Both the position numbers and the translations under genes were made by a program. A DNA stretch of 63,788 bases, counting the filler, from Lenisia limosa (taxonomy: Eukaryota; Protista; Breviatea), in the NCBI GenBank assembly GCA_001655205.1. It is 16 parts of 16 records of this genome, joined end to end, with 100 filler letters (N's around TTAATTAATTAA, not from the genome) between each part and the next. Parts side by side here need not be neighbours in the genome. Positions count along the whole stretch, not along the records: positions 15,289 to 18,017 come from LPNZ01010156.1; positions 18,118 to 19,691 come from LPNZ01008837.1; positions 19,792 to 22,352 come from LPNZ01000934.1; positions 22,453 to 25,035 come from LPNZ01004281.1; positions 25,136 to 27,168 come from LPNZ01010591.1; positions 27,269 to 28,495 come from LPNZ01010781.1; positions 28,596 to 37,023 come from LPNZ01001588.1; 9 more parts are not named here. One strand, given 5' to 3'. Shown piece by piece: positions 17,131 through 29,715 of the stretch. The notes under the pieces were generated by a model. The model was not told where the DNA came from, made no database searches, and worked only from the letters and a program-made list of their open reading frames with translations. Position 1 is the first letter of the stretch, and every line of letters begins with the position of its first letter.

Positions 17131-17473
17131 TGATGGAAATGTCAAATATCAACGGGATTCGCTAGGCCACTATCAAATATTTTTGCGGAGGACTAGCTTA
17201 AACCCTATACGTTTTTTTGATGTTATAATCAACCTTATATTAACCATACCATCATCATCATACACCACTTTTATCCATATATTCACTATCACCACCACTA
17301 TAACCATTAAAACTACCACCACAATCCTTTTACCGTCATATTTATCACAATTATCACAAAACACCATAATTACTGTTGTAACAATTGTGAAATAATGAGA
17401 AAGTGGCAAGGGGAAATGTTTTTGATGAAGTTGACGTGTCAGTTTAGTATTGTGAATGGCAGTTAGCAAGAAT

Positions 17474-17576
17474 AGCAGGGTATAGAGATGAGAAATGTAT
17501 CATTTTAGATAAATCCTCGAAAACTATCGAAATTTTACTGGGTTTTGTTATTTTTTTCAGACCAAAGTGAGCTCTA
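17474..17576. mobile_element. hAT-like MITE (family A)
   Basis: Perfect 8-bp flanking repeat GCAAGAAT (17466-73 / 17577-84); left TIR decayed. Confidence 0.7.
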
Positions 17577-18230
17577 GCAAGAATATTATAATTAAGACGC
17601 CGTGCAATTAATGAAAATATTAATTGCCAAATTTGAAGTGCGATATCATTTAATGTAAACACCATTTCAGACACTTCCATTTCAAATTTTTTCAATAATA
17701 TAATACACTGGCTACGATAAGCGAGGCGGGCAACTCTTGTGTATTTTTCAATTTTTTAGCCAGCATACAGTAGTTGAAACGGCTTCGGCCAGACACAACT
17801 TTGTTTTTTATTTCTCATTGCTATAAATATACATTAGTAGTGTTTATTATTTTTATTGGTTAATAAATATATTTCACTTCCCCCAGTCACCCCCGCTGCC
17901 CTACCCGTTCCCTCGAAAATCCCAAGTCGCCACACTCCCTCTCCATCTTCGCCTTTACCTGCAATTTCCCCGTCTTATCGGTAAGAGTCTCTTTGAACAT
18001 TTATATATATATATATANNNNNNNNNNNNNNNNNNNNNNNNNNNNNNNNNNNNNNNNNNNNTTAATTAATTAANNNNNNNNNNNNNNNNNNNNNNNNNNN
18101 NNNNNNNNNNNNNNNNNTGTGGCGACGCTGAGCGTGATTCTGGCGTAGTGCTTCTTACCAACAGGTGTTACCCTGCGTGGGGGGGGGGGGACTTTCATAT
18201 TTTGAAAACATGAATACAGAACACATGATC

Positions 18231-18345
18231 AAAAATTGACAAGATGTCATGACGTCACAATAGGGAGCCTAATATCGTCACACAAGAAGATTTTTTTACG
18301 ATATTAGGCTAAATATGGTGACGTCATGACATCTTATCCATTTTT
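18231..18345. mobile_element. Fold-back (MITE-like) element
   Basis: AAGATGTCATGACGTCAC/GTGACGTCATGACATCTT and AGCCTAATATCGT/ACGATATTAGGCT nested inverted repeats. Confidence 0.6.
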
Positions 18346-20499
18346 GTTTTTGGCCAGCAGATCTCTATATTCAATTAAGTCCTTTAACAACTTTTCAAAG
18401 GCGTCGAGTTTTGGCAGCATTTCCAACCCCTTGCACAACCGGACTTCCATGTTATATTTATTTATTACCCTGTAGTGACCTCAACAAGTCTCGCGTCCAT
18501 GTGGTGCGCAAGGACTTCACCAATGAGGTAGACAGCTACATCAAATGCCTTCTCAAATAGGTTCTTTGTTCTCGTTTGGAGATTTATTAACCGGCCTTGC
18601 TTTCTATCATCGATATGTAATACTATAGAATTTGGGTGAGGGTTTTGGGTGGTTATCCAATATCATATACATGTATAAGTTTTCCCATGGGGGGGGGGGT
18701 CGCGCCAGCGACCGAAAAATATATACACAATANNNNNNNNNNNNNNNNNNNNNNNNNNNNNNNNNNNNNNNNNNNNNNNNNNNNNNNNNNNNNNNNNNNN
18801 NNNNNNNNNNNNNNNNNNNNNNATATATTTAAGATTGTAATTCTGATGATGAGAGTTCACCGATTGAAATTTTTAAACTGTCAGAAATTCGTGATATTCT
18901 TCATGGGTTATGGGGTCTGAGGCCTGAAATCACGCTTTTAATCGCTTTTTTTTCATGGGGTCATGGTGTCACACCAAGAAACTTATATAGTATATATATA
19001 TATATTGGATGACCACCCTTGGGTGAGTATAGAATTTGGGTGTGAGTATAGAATTCTCCCCAAATTCTACAAATACAACAACTAAATAATACATGGGGGT
19101 TAATACGATGGTCTATTGCGCTTTCGTCTTGAGCGGCCTTCAGGAACCACCTCATGCTCCTAAAAGGGGTTAAAACATGGGGGGGGGGGGGNNNNNNNNN
19201 NNNNNNNNNNNNNNNNNNNNNNNNNNNNNNNNNNNNNNNNNNNNNNNNNNNNNNNNNNNNNNNNNNNNNNNNNNNNNNNNNNNNNNNNNNNNNNNNNNNN
19301 NNNNNNNNNNNNNNNNNNNNNNNNNNNNNNNNNNNNNNNNNNNNNNNNNNNNNNNNNNNNNNNNNNNNNNNNNNNNNNNNNNNNNNNNNNNNNNNNNNNN
19401 NNNNNNNNNNNNNNNNNNNNNNNNNNNNACAGGGGCTTTTGCTGGAAGGTTCAAGATCAGTTTGACAGGTTTCTTTTTTTCTTGAAGATTAGAGATTAAT
19501 TCAACTCATGTAATAGTGGGGGACAGAGGAAGCCTTCCTCCTTCTATTACAAGCATTCGGCGTGTAGAAATAAGAAATGAAAAAGGAATATCTGACCGAA
19601 GCCGTCCACACTATCAAAAATATAATGATAATATTATCTAGGAGAAGCTATTCAATGCTGTATGCCTACTTGTCGCTGGTGATGGCACGGANNNNNNNNN
19701 NNNNNNNNNNNNNNNNNNNNNNNNNNNNNNNNNNNTTAATTAATTAANNNNNNNNNNNNNNNNNNNNNNNNNNNNNNNNNNNNNNNNNNNNTCATTACCA
19801 CCTATAGCCAACAGGCGTTCCTGGTATGATGCCGTGTTCCTTACCTTGCAGGTAGCAAACATTATTGGATGTTCGGTGTGCCTATGGGTTTGGCGCGACA
19901 TCTTTTGGCGCTTTAAAATGAAGGAATGAACCCCAATTTCTCTTACAAGATAACAATGAGCAGGTATTCTCTGAGAAGAACGCGGAAAAGTCGGTTTGAT
20001 TCCGGGTTGGACACTCCACCACTGATGATTCTCTTCAAAATCTCATCAAAGAGTGGGTCGAAATTGCACTCGCGTACCATCTTATTCCTGGAGCACTTAT
20101 TCTGTAGCTGCGGTACTATTGAATTGCCAAACATTCTAAAACAGGCAAATGTGCTAGATATGGGTTTGTAATGCGAGTTGGGGATGTACCAATATACATA
20201 TCATATTGCTTGACAAATGTGGATTTCAAGGAGAGAGGGCAATTGTCACAATATAACTTCTCCAAGGATGTCGGACGAGGACGAAGCAGCATGTGCCATC
20301 AAAGCTTTCAACGATCAAGGTTATGAAGCCTATTTGGTCCGGAACCATAGAGGAGGACCCGGCGGCGAATCGGGAACCCTTTGACCGCCCGTTTTGAGTT
20401 CCCGTAACCTCTCAAAATAATATTCCGATTTTCTTTATTAACTTACTCAACTATAACAATAGTTAATAATAAGATTGAAGTCTAATCTCGCCAAACATT

Positions 20500-22190
20500 G
20501 AGATGAAAGGATTTATGCCAAAACACGATTTTCTTCTCAGAACCTCGCTTTACCGTTTTTGTAAAGAAGAGCAGTAAAATATAAGTAAATCCTGTAACAG
20601 ATAAGCGCTGCTGAAAAATACTGAGCAATACTGCAATCCTACGTGCTTGCATAAACCCTCCTGAAATCCTCTGTGTTAATTCACAGACAGAAGAGAATTT
20701 GGGTCTCGGGTCACGAACCATAAACCATCAGTGAAGCTCAGAGGAATGTGGGTCACGGGTCAGAGCAAAAGGCTCGGTTTCGTGACCCGTGAGCCACCGG
20801 TTGCCAAATTCTCTTGTACAAAATAATATCGGTCATAATGTCATAATACTACTTTACAAATTCCAAAGCTGAAACAGAGAGGTAACAGCCACTTGCAGAA
20901 ATTCATTATCAGCAACATCCACAAAATAACGAAAGAGAAAATTTACTGAGATTTAAAGGAGGATAATATTGATTTAAAATTGATTGAAGTTGAAACCGTT
21001 TCTTTAACAAATTATAAATCAAATAAAACAATTTGAGATGTTGCACAAATGCATGCAAATATACTAAAATAATAGTATTCAAGATCAAAAGAGCCCTGAG
21101 ATTTTAACATGTTTTCAAAAAAAATGTCAAAAAAATAATAATTATGACATATAAACCCAGCTGTCAACTGCAGTTTACTCTCAAAGAAAAAAAAAAACAC
21201 TTTGGAGAAGAAGACAAACACAAGATATTAAGCAATGATGGGAGAAGGTCATGTGTGTATTTCGCTGTAAAGAAAGAAAAAGCAAACCTTGTGAAAACTT
21301 AAGAGTAAATTCACTTTCCCAGATTGTAGAAAATCATTCACAAACTCCTTTGAAAAAGATAAGAGTGAAAGCGCATCAAGAATATTCTTTTCAATTTGAA
21401 GTTTCTTTGAATCTCTAATAATTTTGTTTCTCAAAAACTGTAACAAAATGCAAAACAATGAGACTCCATTTAAGTCAACAAAATCCCTTACAATGGATGA
21501 TTCTTTGAGGAAAAGGATTAAAATCTTAATGAGGTTTCTCGCCACTGTTTTACACCTGTTGTTTATGGATAACGAAATAATTGAAAGTAAATTATTCAGA
21601 GTGTCTCTTTTACAGATAATTGAATCATTAAAGGCAAGCTCTAAGAAAATGTACTCTGAAACATGTTCACAATTGACATTTTTGCTGATAGCCTCTGCCA
21701 AAAACCTGAGCACATGTGAAAACAGCACTGATAAATGAGGATTACCGAGCAAATAAGACTTGATAAACTACCTCCACAAGAAAAGTTAAACTCTGACATA
21801 GAACCCCCAATTCTTCATATTCTTTTTTTAATAATTTGTCGATCAGTATTAGCACAATTTCATTTTGAATTTTTTTTTTCTAAACGTTAAAAAAAAACGC
21901 AACATCTGGCACATCAAACTGATTCCAGCTACTGTTTAATAATCTGAGAGTGGCTTGTAGAATATCTTGATTAGTCTATCAAAAATGTTAACCAAAGTTT
22001 TCATGACAAAGCAGCTGTTTAAATACTGAGATTGCTTGTCTAGATTTACCAAGGCTTACTTCATCAATTAAGAGAACAGCATTAAAAAGGTCTTCTTCCG
22101 ACTTTAGAAACCAAAATTATATCAAAGGAAAAACACATTGCAGGACAATCTGGGTATTTCATTCGGAGTCTATTATTCTCTGACAACAAT
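20500..22190 (-). CDS. AT-rich helical-repeat (ARM/HEAT-like) hypothetical protein, multi-exon
   Basis: 167-aa Leu/Ile-rich open frame 21249-21752 with amphipathic periodicity; additional flanking exons. Confidence 0.45.
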
Positions 22191-22665
22191 TCTTTTAAAT
22201 TAAAAGACATGATGGAGAACTAAAGGAGGATGCAAGGAGGATGTGGAGGTGAGGATGAGAACTTTGAACTTTGAACCTTCTCGCTGCTTCTCGGCAGGGG
22301 GGTGACCCTGGTGCCGGGCGGGCCACAAAAATGACAGGGGTCAATATGATAANNNNNNNNNNNNNNNNNNNNNNNNNNNNNNNNNNNNNNNNNNNNTTAA
22401 TTAATTAANNNNNNNNNNNNNNNNNNNNNNNNNNNNNNNNNNNNNNNNNNNNAGTATTGACCTATTTTCCTTGGGAAAATATAGAACAAATCGGTCAAGG
22501 TCAAGACTTATCCCGGTCACTGAAAATGCCCATACCCACCAGTTGAGGAGCTGTCTACATATCGCTAAAACCGTTAAAATTTGCATCAAAGTAGGATGAA
22601 ATAATATCATTTGGAGGTAATAGTCTCAGTAGAAAGAATGAGACATTCCGTGGGTTCAGTACAAC

Positions 22666-22756
22666 TTCCCAATGGTCCGAAAAACTCCGTCAAAATATCG
22701 ATATTCATCGAGAGTTTACCGAGAAATTCATATTTTGGGACAGTAGGGAAGCCCTG
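22666..22756. mobile_element. hAT-like MITE (family A), left TIR clipped
   Basis: Flanks AGTACAAC/GGTACAAC (7/8). Confidence 0.65.
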
Positions 22757-23994
22757 GGTACAACATAGTCACACCCCACCATATTAGCTCCAAAACGAAA
22801 GGGAAGCTCTATCCGCCCACGCAACCTTATTAGACAAATTTGACACCAACCTTATTAGCATATCCACCACCAACCTTATTAGCTACGTGAGTGGGCAAAA
22901 TCGGGTCGGAAACGTCGGCAGCGAAGTGTCCGTTTGAGTCCAGGGTCTGAGCTAACGTCCCTGTCAGAAGTAGCAGGACAACGCTGAAGATTCTGGATGG
23001 TCATTTTACTTATCCAACCATTATGTTCAAAAACCCTACTCGAACTACCACATTGTGATATTTGAGTAGGAAGAAGAAGGAAGTTTAGATTTTCACACGC
23101 TTGAGGTACCCACACCATCACCCTAATAGAGATATTGGATTATGCCAAAAACAAATGGATGTAAACACTATTTTATCCCAAAAACAAGTCATGTATATAA
23201 ACATAATTTTACCTAGCAAGCATCATATCAGAGATGATGAGTGATTGGTGGTGTTGAGGGGTTGTGGCGTTGTGGCGCTGGCTTCTTCTTCCTCTTTTGT
23301 TACCTCTCCTTCTTTCTCTATATCTAACAGGTTCTCTTATAGCTGTCTTATAGTTTTATCCTTGCCATCTCGAGCAGTGTTTGGATCAAAAGATCAGGCT
23401 AAGTTGACCCAAAAATCCTTTTTGCTCTGTTTTTTATCGGATTATTTATTACTAAATTAAACATACACACCCTACCTGAAGCCCCCCCCATCCTCCTACT
23501 CCTTCTCCATTCCTCCATTTAGCCAAGTTTCTTTAATGTGCACCCACAGAGCACTACTACAGTCATTGAAACAGTAGAAGCGCCACTCCATTGCTGTTCG
23601 ATATTCCTCCGTCTTTCACGGAGAAGATGCTGGTTATTCCTCGTAGTGTAAGCCAAAGTTCAATTTTCCTTTTTTTTTTTTTTTTTTTNNNNNNNNNNNN
23701 NNNNNNNNNNNNNNNNNNNNNNNNNNNNNNNNNNNNNNNNNNNNNNNNNNNNNNNNNNNNNNNNNNNNNNNNNNNNNNNNNNNNNNNNNNNNNNNNNNNN
23801 NNNNNNNNNNNNNNNNNNNNNNNNNNNNNNNNNNNNNNNNNNNNNNNNNNNNNNNNNNNNNNNNNNNNGCTTTATCTTTTGTCAATCGTGTCGGGACAAA
23901 GAACAGTCAGTGTACAGGTATAATATGTATTTTGGTATATCATACCTTTATTGGACTCCTTGCAAATAATTTCTTGAGGAAATCATCTGGCAAA

Positions 23995-24054
23995 GATTTA
24001 AGCTTTTTTTTGTTCTTCAATTTTCCAATTTTACTCCCCATAACCTCCATCTAG
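23995..24054 (+). repeat. Family B 3' fragment at acceptor preceding the YeeE exon
   Basis: GCTTTTTTTTGTTCTTCAATTTTCCAATTTTACTCCCCATAACCTCCATCTAG|ATG. Confidence 0.75.
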
Positions 24055-25027
24055 ATGCAGACAACTCTGGTGGCTTCGGCCGCTCTGGGACTTTGCTTCG
24101 GATTCTTCATTCACAAGGGCGCCGTATACATCCCCTCGGTATGGGGAGGGGGTTATGAGTGAACTGTTATGAATTGATATTATAGTATTACTACACTGCA
24201 GACTTCTACCAGAGAAAACCTTTTGTATCTCTTATAAAAGTGAAGTATCTTCCCTATTTTTTACCTTTTTAGGTCATCATTAACCAGGTACGAAGGCTCG
24301 GGGTAGGTGTAAGGCAAATAATTGGGTGATCAGCTTAGGTAGAACCGAGTAATTGTTAGTATTAGTAATGATATATTTTCATTTCGACTCAAAAGTCATA
24401 CATATCGATATGATCACATCACTAGTGAATATGGGTTAACATTTTCCCAGTTCCTCTTTACGCAATTTGCGATGGTGAAGATGTTCCTCTCTGCAGTTGC
24501 CACATCATCCCTCGTTTGCTTCGCGTTTACCCGGGTTCCTTCGTGGGTGGCATTAGAGATATATATTACGACTCCGAGCAATTGATAGAAGAGCTTCAAT
24601 TATCTATGCTGGGGAGGCACGCAGAAAGCTGGGTGCACAGAGCTATAAGGCAAATGATTGGGTGAATGTTAATATGATTCTATAATCCAATATCTCTTNN
24701 NNNNNNNNNNNNNNNNNNNNNNNNNNNNNNNNNNNNNNNNNNNNNNNNNNNNNNNNNNNNNNNNNNNNNNNNNNNNNNNNNNNNNNNNNNNNNNNNNNNN
24801 NNNNNNNNNNNNNNNNNNNNNNNNNNNNNNNNNNNNNNNNNNNNNNNNNNNNNNNNNNNNNNTTCTCTTACAAGCGTGATGGAAGAGTCGAATTATTCTC
24901 CTACCCTTCTCCTCTGCACTATTTTTCTATTTAGTTTCTAAATCTATTTTTACTCCTAACTCTTCAGTTTTGGGTGGGGCATTGCTTGGCAGTGGCATGG
25001 CACTTTCAGGGGCCTGTCCGGGGACAA
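24055..25027 (+). CDS. YeeE/YedE (Sulf_transp, thiosulfate-transporter family) membrane protein, partial
   Basis: MQTTLVASAALGLCFGFFIHKGAVYIPS|VIINQ|FLFTQFAMVKMFLSAVATSSLV..|LGGALLGSGMALSGACPGT; the G-x-G-M-x-L-x-G-x-C-P-G motif is typical of the family. Confidence 0.8.
24605..24698 (+). repeat. Family C repeat in YeeE intron (sense)
   Basis: TATGCTGGGGAGGCACGCAGAAAGCTGGGTGCACAGAGCTATAAGGCAAATGATTGGGTGAA..TAATCCAATATCTCTT. Confidence 0.8.
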
Positions 25028-25509
25028 GTGAGAGGNNNNNNNNNNNNNNNNNNNNNNNNNNNNNNNNNNNNNNNNNNNNTTAATTAATTAANNNNNNNNN
25101 NNNNNNNNNNNNNNNNNNNNNNNNNNNNNNNNNNNACAATAATCCCCTCTCTACCTTGGGTTGGGGTATGGGGTCAGACCAACAATTAAATATCTCAGAT
25201 GTGCATGTGTAATAGACCCCTCCGTACCTTGAGTTGGACTTGGAGGTCCTCGTCTGAGGGCTCAGTTTTGACCGCAGCTGTTCTCATATTCTTAAGACGC
25301 AAGCCGAACTAGGGGGGGGGGGGGNNNNNNNNNNNNNNNNNNNNNNNNNNNNNNNNNNNNNNNNNNNNNNNNNNNNNNNNNNNNNNNNNNNNNNNNNNNN
25401 NNACGAAACAAATAATATGAAACTCCAAACAAACAAAAAACGGGAGCGCACAAAAGCTCAAATGTACTAAAAATGGTTGCTCACCCACAAAAAAAAAAGG
25501 TTCACCTTC

Positions 25510-25638
25510 CACAATTCACCCTCATTTGCCTAACAACTCTGTGCACACAGCTTTCTGCGTGCCTCTCCATCATATTTATTCCTAAATCAATTGCCTTACA
25601 ACTCTATGCACACAGTTTTCTGCTTGTCTCCAGCATAC
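25510..25638 (-). repeat. Family C repeat (tandem pieces) starting at a 5' splice donor GTATGCTGG
   Basis: Minus-strand exon ..FEQQIREIKLE|GTATGCTGGAGACAAGCAGAAAACTGTGTGCATAGAGTTGTAAGGC. Confidence 0.75.
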
Positions 25639-27100
25639 CTCGAGTTTGATCTCACGGATCTGTTGTTCGAAATCTTCAGCAAGTCGTCTAAGGAATACAT
25701 GAATGGAAATAATCAATCAAACTGATTTTTAGTGTAAGAAAACAAAATATACACGTTATATTACCTCGGAACAAATAAAGACAAAACAAAACTCTCCTCT
25801 ATCCCCCACACTTCTGTTCCTCAACCCGGGCCGTATTAGTTGCCTTCTCCAATTGGGCCTGCCAGTCCTTAAAAAGGCGCTGCTCTTTGCGGTCGCGCGC
25901 ACTCACCTCCGCGCGCAACGCCGCGATTTCAGCTTNNNNNNNNNNNNNNNNNNNNNNNNNNNNNNNNNNNNNNNNNNNNNNNNNNNNNNNNNNNNNNNNN
26001 NNNNNNNNNNNNNNNNNNNNNNNNNNNNNNNNNNNNNNNNNNNNNNNNNNNNNNNNNNCTAGCCGAAACCGTCCACATCACCCTTATAAGAGATATTGTA
26101 TCACCCCCCATACGGCCACAGGCATTCGTTTATCGGTTGCGCCTTCTAAAGGTACTTTCGATCGCAGACTGCTCACTTCCTCCCTAAGGAATGTTGATGG
26201 CGATGATGATGATGGTGATGATGACGATGGTGATGATGATGATGGTGATAGTGGTGGTGATAGTGATGGTGATGGTGATGGTAACAATGATAATGAAGAT
26301 GAGGGTGATGACGGGGGGTTAATGATGATGATATGGTAGTGGCGATGAAAGAAGTGAAAAAATAGTAACAACAACAGCAACAAAAAGAATAGAAAAAAAA
26401 AAGAACAAGAAGAATAGTAATAATAACAAAAATAACAACAACAATAACAAGAACAACAAGAACAACAAGAACAATAACAAGAACAATAACAAGAACAATA
26501 ACAAGAACAATAACAAGAACAATAACAAGAACAAAAACAAGAAGAAGAGTACCCTAACTAACCTCAGCTGAGCCACCTCCCGAACAAGGGCTTTCTGTTT
26601 ATCGTCAATATCGCTTGCTGCTAAGCCGTCCTCCAATGCTGTGTATTTCGCTTTTGACGCCTGGGGTGATCAATGGGATCTAGGGCTTCACTTCGGTCCG
26701 AAAAATACCGATATATAGTTTTCGAGGATTTCTAGAGAAATTCCGTCTTGTTTTGAATTACAGTGAAGTCAATGGTATTCCTTGGGAGCATTTTGATCCA
26801 TTGACTTTTTCATTAAAGCAGGCAGCAAGATACAATAAGTAGTGTTTGTACCCATTTCATGATATTGCTTAAGTAGGTTGCGAAATTTTGGTGGTATACT
26901 ATAAATTCAATAAAAAAAGATGATTCTAAAGGACACATAGCAATGAAAAATAAAAAATCTAATAAGAGACATTGGTTAATTCACCCAATCATTTGCCCAA
27001 CTCCTATGGTATAATAAAATCAATTCAAGAAAAGCTACCTTGAGTTGAGCCGTGAGTCTCTGAATGTCTACTTTCAAGTCCGTATTCTAAGGTATTAAAG
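25639..27100 (-). CDS. Coiled-coil hypothetical protein, multi-exon, partial
   Basis: Exons NTDLKVDIQRLTAQLK, EDGLAASDIDDKQKALVREVAQLR, FLREEVSSLRSKVPLE, EIAALRAEVSARDRKEQRLFKDWQAQLEK, RRLAEDFEQQIREIKLE. Confidence 0.55.
26190..26545. repeat. Low-complexity microsatellite tract ((GAT/GGT)n then (AACAATAACAAG)n)
   Basis: Directly visible; lies within an intron of the coiled-coil gene. Confidence 0.85.
26681..26771. mobile_element. hAT-like MITE (family A)
   Basis: TAGGGCTTCACTTCGGTCCGAAAAATACCG..; flanks ATGGGATC/ATGGTATT (6/8). Confidence 0.75.
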
Positions 27101-27325
27101 GAAGAACAAATCACATTGACCACACCCCACACCCTAATGATTGATAATCTATTATCACCCCCCCCCCCNNNNNNNNNNNNNNNNNNNNNNNNNNNNNNNN
27201 NNNNNNNNNNNNTTAATTAATTAANNNNNNNNNNNNNNNNNNNNNNNNNNNNNNNNNNNNNNNNNNNNAAACTCGCTCTTTTGTCAATTCAAAAACATAT
27301 TTTTCCTCCCCCTCCCCCTAAGTGA

Positions 27326-27464
27326 ATGGATGCGATGCTGCAGAAGCGAATGGTCTGGGCTTTGTTTGTTGTTGTTATCAACCCGCGTGTGCTGTCAATC
27401 AACATAGTTGATTTGGGCTTTTTTTTGTTTCAGAAAAATTCAATTTTACTCACCTTACCCCCAG
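27326..27464 (+). repeat. Family B repeat ending at an acceptor
   Basis: ..TTCAATTTTACTCACCTTACCCCCAG| followed by open exon QTRGFRNLLQVLHPGDLFHDIVINFLPSYYVAIPTPTSEVL. Confidence 0.85.
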
Positions 27465-27954
27465 ACAAACCCGGGGATTCCGTAATCTGCTCCAAGTCCT
27501 CCACCCTGGAGACCTCTTCCACGACATCGTCATCAACTTCCTCCCATCCTACTATGTGGCCATCCCTACCCCCACGTCCGAAGTTCTTGGGTGGGGGNNN
27601 NNNNNNNNNNNNNNNNNNNNNNNNNNNNNNNNNNNNNNNNNNNNNNNNNNNNNNNNNNNNNNNNNNNNNGAACCGAATAATCTGAAACTCAAAGCAAAAA
27701 AACAAAAAAACAAACACGATCACGCTAAAACTAGACAAAATGGGGGGTGGGTTGAAGGTTGTTATCAACTTCCTTCCGTCTTCCTACTCACTGTTTTGTT
27801 TTGTAAAAAAACACTACTGTCGTTAAAACCAAAAAAAAAATCCACTATTTCATCGTAAAAAAAACCACCAGTAGCCATCCCCACACCCCTGTCCGAAGCT
27901 CCTGGGTGGACAATCGTTTCAGGGCTTATCTTGTTCGGATATGTAACGTGATCT

Positions 27955-28040
27955 CAGCTATGTCACTTTGGTTCGAAAAAAGACAATGTCTCGATAAATC
28001 CTCAAAAACTACCTATATTTTACTGGTTTTTCAAACCAAA
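27955..28040. mobile_element. hAT-like MITE (family A), decayed
   Basis: CACTTTGGTTCGAAAAAAGAC..CTCGATAAATCCTC. Confidence 0.6.
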
Positions 28041-28419
28041 TCCACACTTACATAACAGTAATACTCTCACCCAAATCCAAATGATTCCACTATCTCATTC
28101 TTCAGAACCGCCAATCTCGAGGGAGAAATGCTGACCATCTCCTCGTCGCCCGTAGACGAGACCATAGTCAATCCCTCCGCCGCCCGGCAAATGTGTCCGG
28201 ACCGCTATGCCCGGCTCGTGTCTTCTGCCACCACCCCCTCGCTTGGTGGGCATATTGGACTTTTTTTTGCTATTTGAATATTTTAGCATAGCTATTCATT
28301 TATTAGTATATCATATACTTGTAGTATATTATATGATAACTATGCATATGATACAATCTGATCATAATTAAGAGAAATTCGATATCAGATTTTAATAGAG
28401 TATATTGGGGGCAAATGTA

Positions 28420-28496
28420 ACCGGCCTTTGTTTTGTTGTTATCAACCCTCGTGTATTGTCAGCCAACAGAATTGTTTCATAAACTTTCCAATTTTN
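28420..28496 (+). repeat. Family B repeat truncated by scaffold end
   Basis: GGCCTTTGTTTTGTTGTTATCAACCCTCGTGTATTGTCAGCCAACAGA..TTTCCAATTTT. Confidence 0.8.
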
Positions 28497-28595
28497 NNNN
28501 NNNNNNNNNNNNNNNNNNNNNNNNNNNNNNNNNNNNNNNTTAATTAATTAANNNNNNNNNNNNNNNNNNNNNNNNNNNNNNNNNNNNNNNNNNNN

Positions 28596-29217
28596 GGCGT
28601 TGGTGCAGTTAGTGGTCACATTGGCGTTGAGAGTAGAAACGTCACAGTTGACAACACTAGCTTCACAAAGAACACCAAAAGAGCCATCAGATCCACAGTG
28701 GGCAAAAGATGAGGTAGGAGTGAACCCAGCTTCACAGCTTACACTACATGACTCCGCGGAGTTGAACGGCAGAGTGCAATTAGTGGTAGCTGGCGCCTCA
28801 GGAAGGGTACAGTTTGCTAAAATGATCACTAAAGAAAATTTAACCCTGACAAATTAATGAAAACCAAACAAACCAGCAACACATTCAACGTTAAGGGTAT
28901 TATCAGCTGTCTCGCAGAAGGCAGATGACGAAACAGAGAAATAATTAGCATCACAAGTCACCTATTCATGGTAAATATTACTGCAGATCATCAAAAATAA
29001 TCTTTCACTTCTCACAAAGGCTTACTGTGCAAGTTGAAGTTGAATTAACAACAGATGGGCATGAAAGCTGTCCATTCTGAATTGACAGTGACCCAACGTC
29101 ACATAAAAAGGCAGTGGCTAAAGAATGAATATCGAATATTTGAAATGTGAAAAAACAATCCTGCTCACCTGATGCCACAACCAATAAAAGGGTAAATAGG
29201 TTACTAAATGTACCCAT
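28596..29217 (-). CDS. Secreted Cys-rich protein with Sushi/CCP-like modules, 3'-truncated
   Basis: Signal-like MGTFSNLFTLLLVVAS; LCDVGSLSIQNGQLSCPSVVNSTSTCT; CTLPEAPATTNCTLPFNSAESCSVSCEAGFTPTSSFAHCGSDG (C-x3-C-x2-G-F/Y pattern). Confidence 0.6.
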
Positions 29218-29715
29218 AGTTTCCCTAAAAAGGACTTTTTTTGTTATATTTTTTTCACAAATGTTTTCTTTTTTTCGAAAACTATCGACAGAACTCGAAT
29301 TGTTGGAAGTCGGCTCCGTAAGAGTCCGTAAGGCTCGGTATGCTTCGAGAATACCCAAAGAATGAATGATCCTTCTTCTTGCCTCATCTCATTCGGTTTT
29401 AGTTTTTTTTATTTAAAGATGGTTTTATCTGGGCACTTTAACCTCTTCAACCTACCTACTGATGAGATAAATACCGCCTAGCAAATAATACCAACTTTCC
29501 AAATTGGGTAGTTTGTCTTTCCCTTCCCATCCCAATATCTCTTAGCTTTCTGCATTGGCCACATTCAAACGAAATTTTATTTAAATCACTTTAACTTTGG
29601 TTTGCATTTTTAGATTGTTAGCATTTCATTTATCAATTGTTGTCGGAGAGCACTGTTCCCTTTTGCGAACTGGACTCGCTTTGTAAATTCGTTCAAACCT
29701 GTCTACAAAGTCAAA

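Noticed and set aside
13541-19155. Shared MRWFL start (14-nt match) at 13554(-) and 19155(-) as paralogues
   Set aside because: Similarity stops after five codons; consistent with chance.
26084-26636. Poly-D, poly-S and poly-L ORFs in the ORF track
   Set aside because: Translation artefacts of microsatellite tracts; likewise the many X-containing ORFs arise from reading through N gaps.
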